Assembly (NCBI GenBank): GCA_049700215.1
Contig: JBNAVT010000019.1
Location: 1 to 16,485 of the forward strand
From: Thermoproteota archaeon
GTDB lineage: Archaea > Thermoproteota > EX4484-205 > JAAOZP01
DNA: 16,485 nt
Direction: 5' to 3'
The translations under genes were made by a program, and so were the position numbers. The notes beneath the pieces are model-generated. The model was not told the DNA's origin, made no database searches, and was given only the letters and a program-made list of their open reading frames with translations. Below, in pieces: positions 16,313 to 16,485 of this stretch (its first letter is position 1; each line of letters starts with the position of its first letter).

Positions 16313-16485
16313 CTCAACCCCTGCGCAGGCCAGTCTCAAGCCGGAGCCTTATTTTCGCGAATGCACCTGTTTATTGCCAGATGAACAGCCTTGACCCTGG
16401 CCTAGGGCTCATTAGGATACGGCTTTCCAGGTGACCGTTGCACCTTTAAACCTTAAGCTGGTACAGGCTTCTAGGGTTCTCGTAG

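Noticed and set aside
1-16485. CRISPR array or Cas12f locus
   Set aside because: No regularly spaced repeats were seen, and the RuvC gene is paired with IS607 tnpA.

Overview
Archaeal chromosomal window; the gene set and the non-canonical tRNA intron point to a TACK/Thermoproteota lineage (inference). Most of it is housekeeping: ribL, an lsm-rpl37e-translin-nfi-ribK run, aCPSF1 with a catalytic psmB, egsA, UPF0179, slyD, nadM, rtcA, a second non-catalytic psmB, a ThuA-like gene and a secreted Ig-repeat protein. A decayed IS607 element (tnpA with two frameshifts, tnpB with one) sits between rtcA and nadM. The most unusual part is the first 1.2 kb, all on the minus strand. It holds a tRNA-Lys(CTT) with a 31-nt D-loop intron, then an unannotated ~190-nt segment (797-986) that folds into densely tiled helices and ends in a perfect tRNA T-arm plus acceptor strand. 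A gene missing from the ORF track follows (742 to the left edge); it encodes a 9-Cys N-terminal domain fused to a divergent TGT/DUF4417-like domain. This tRNA-mimic plus transglycosylase-like cassette is the best candidate for an undescribed system, although the tRNA-like end could be an att-site remnant.
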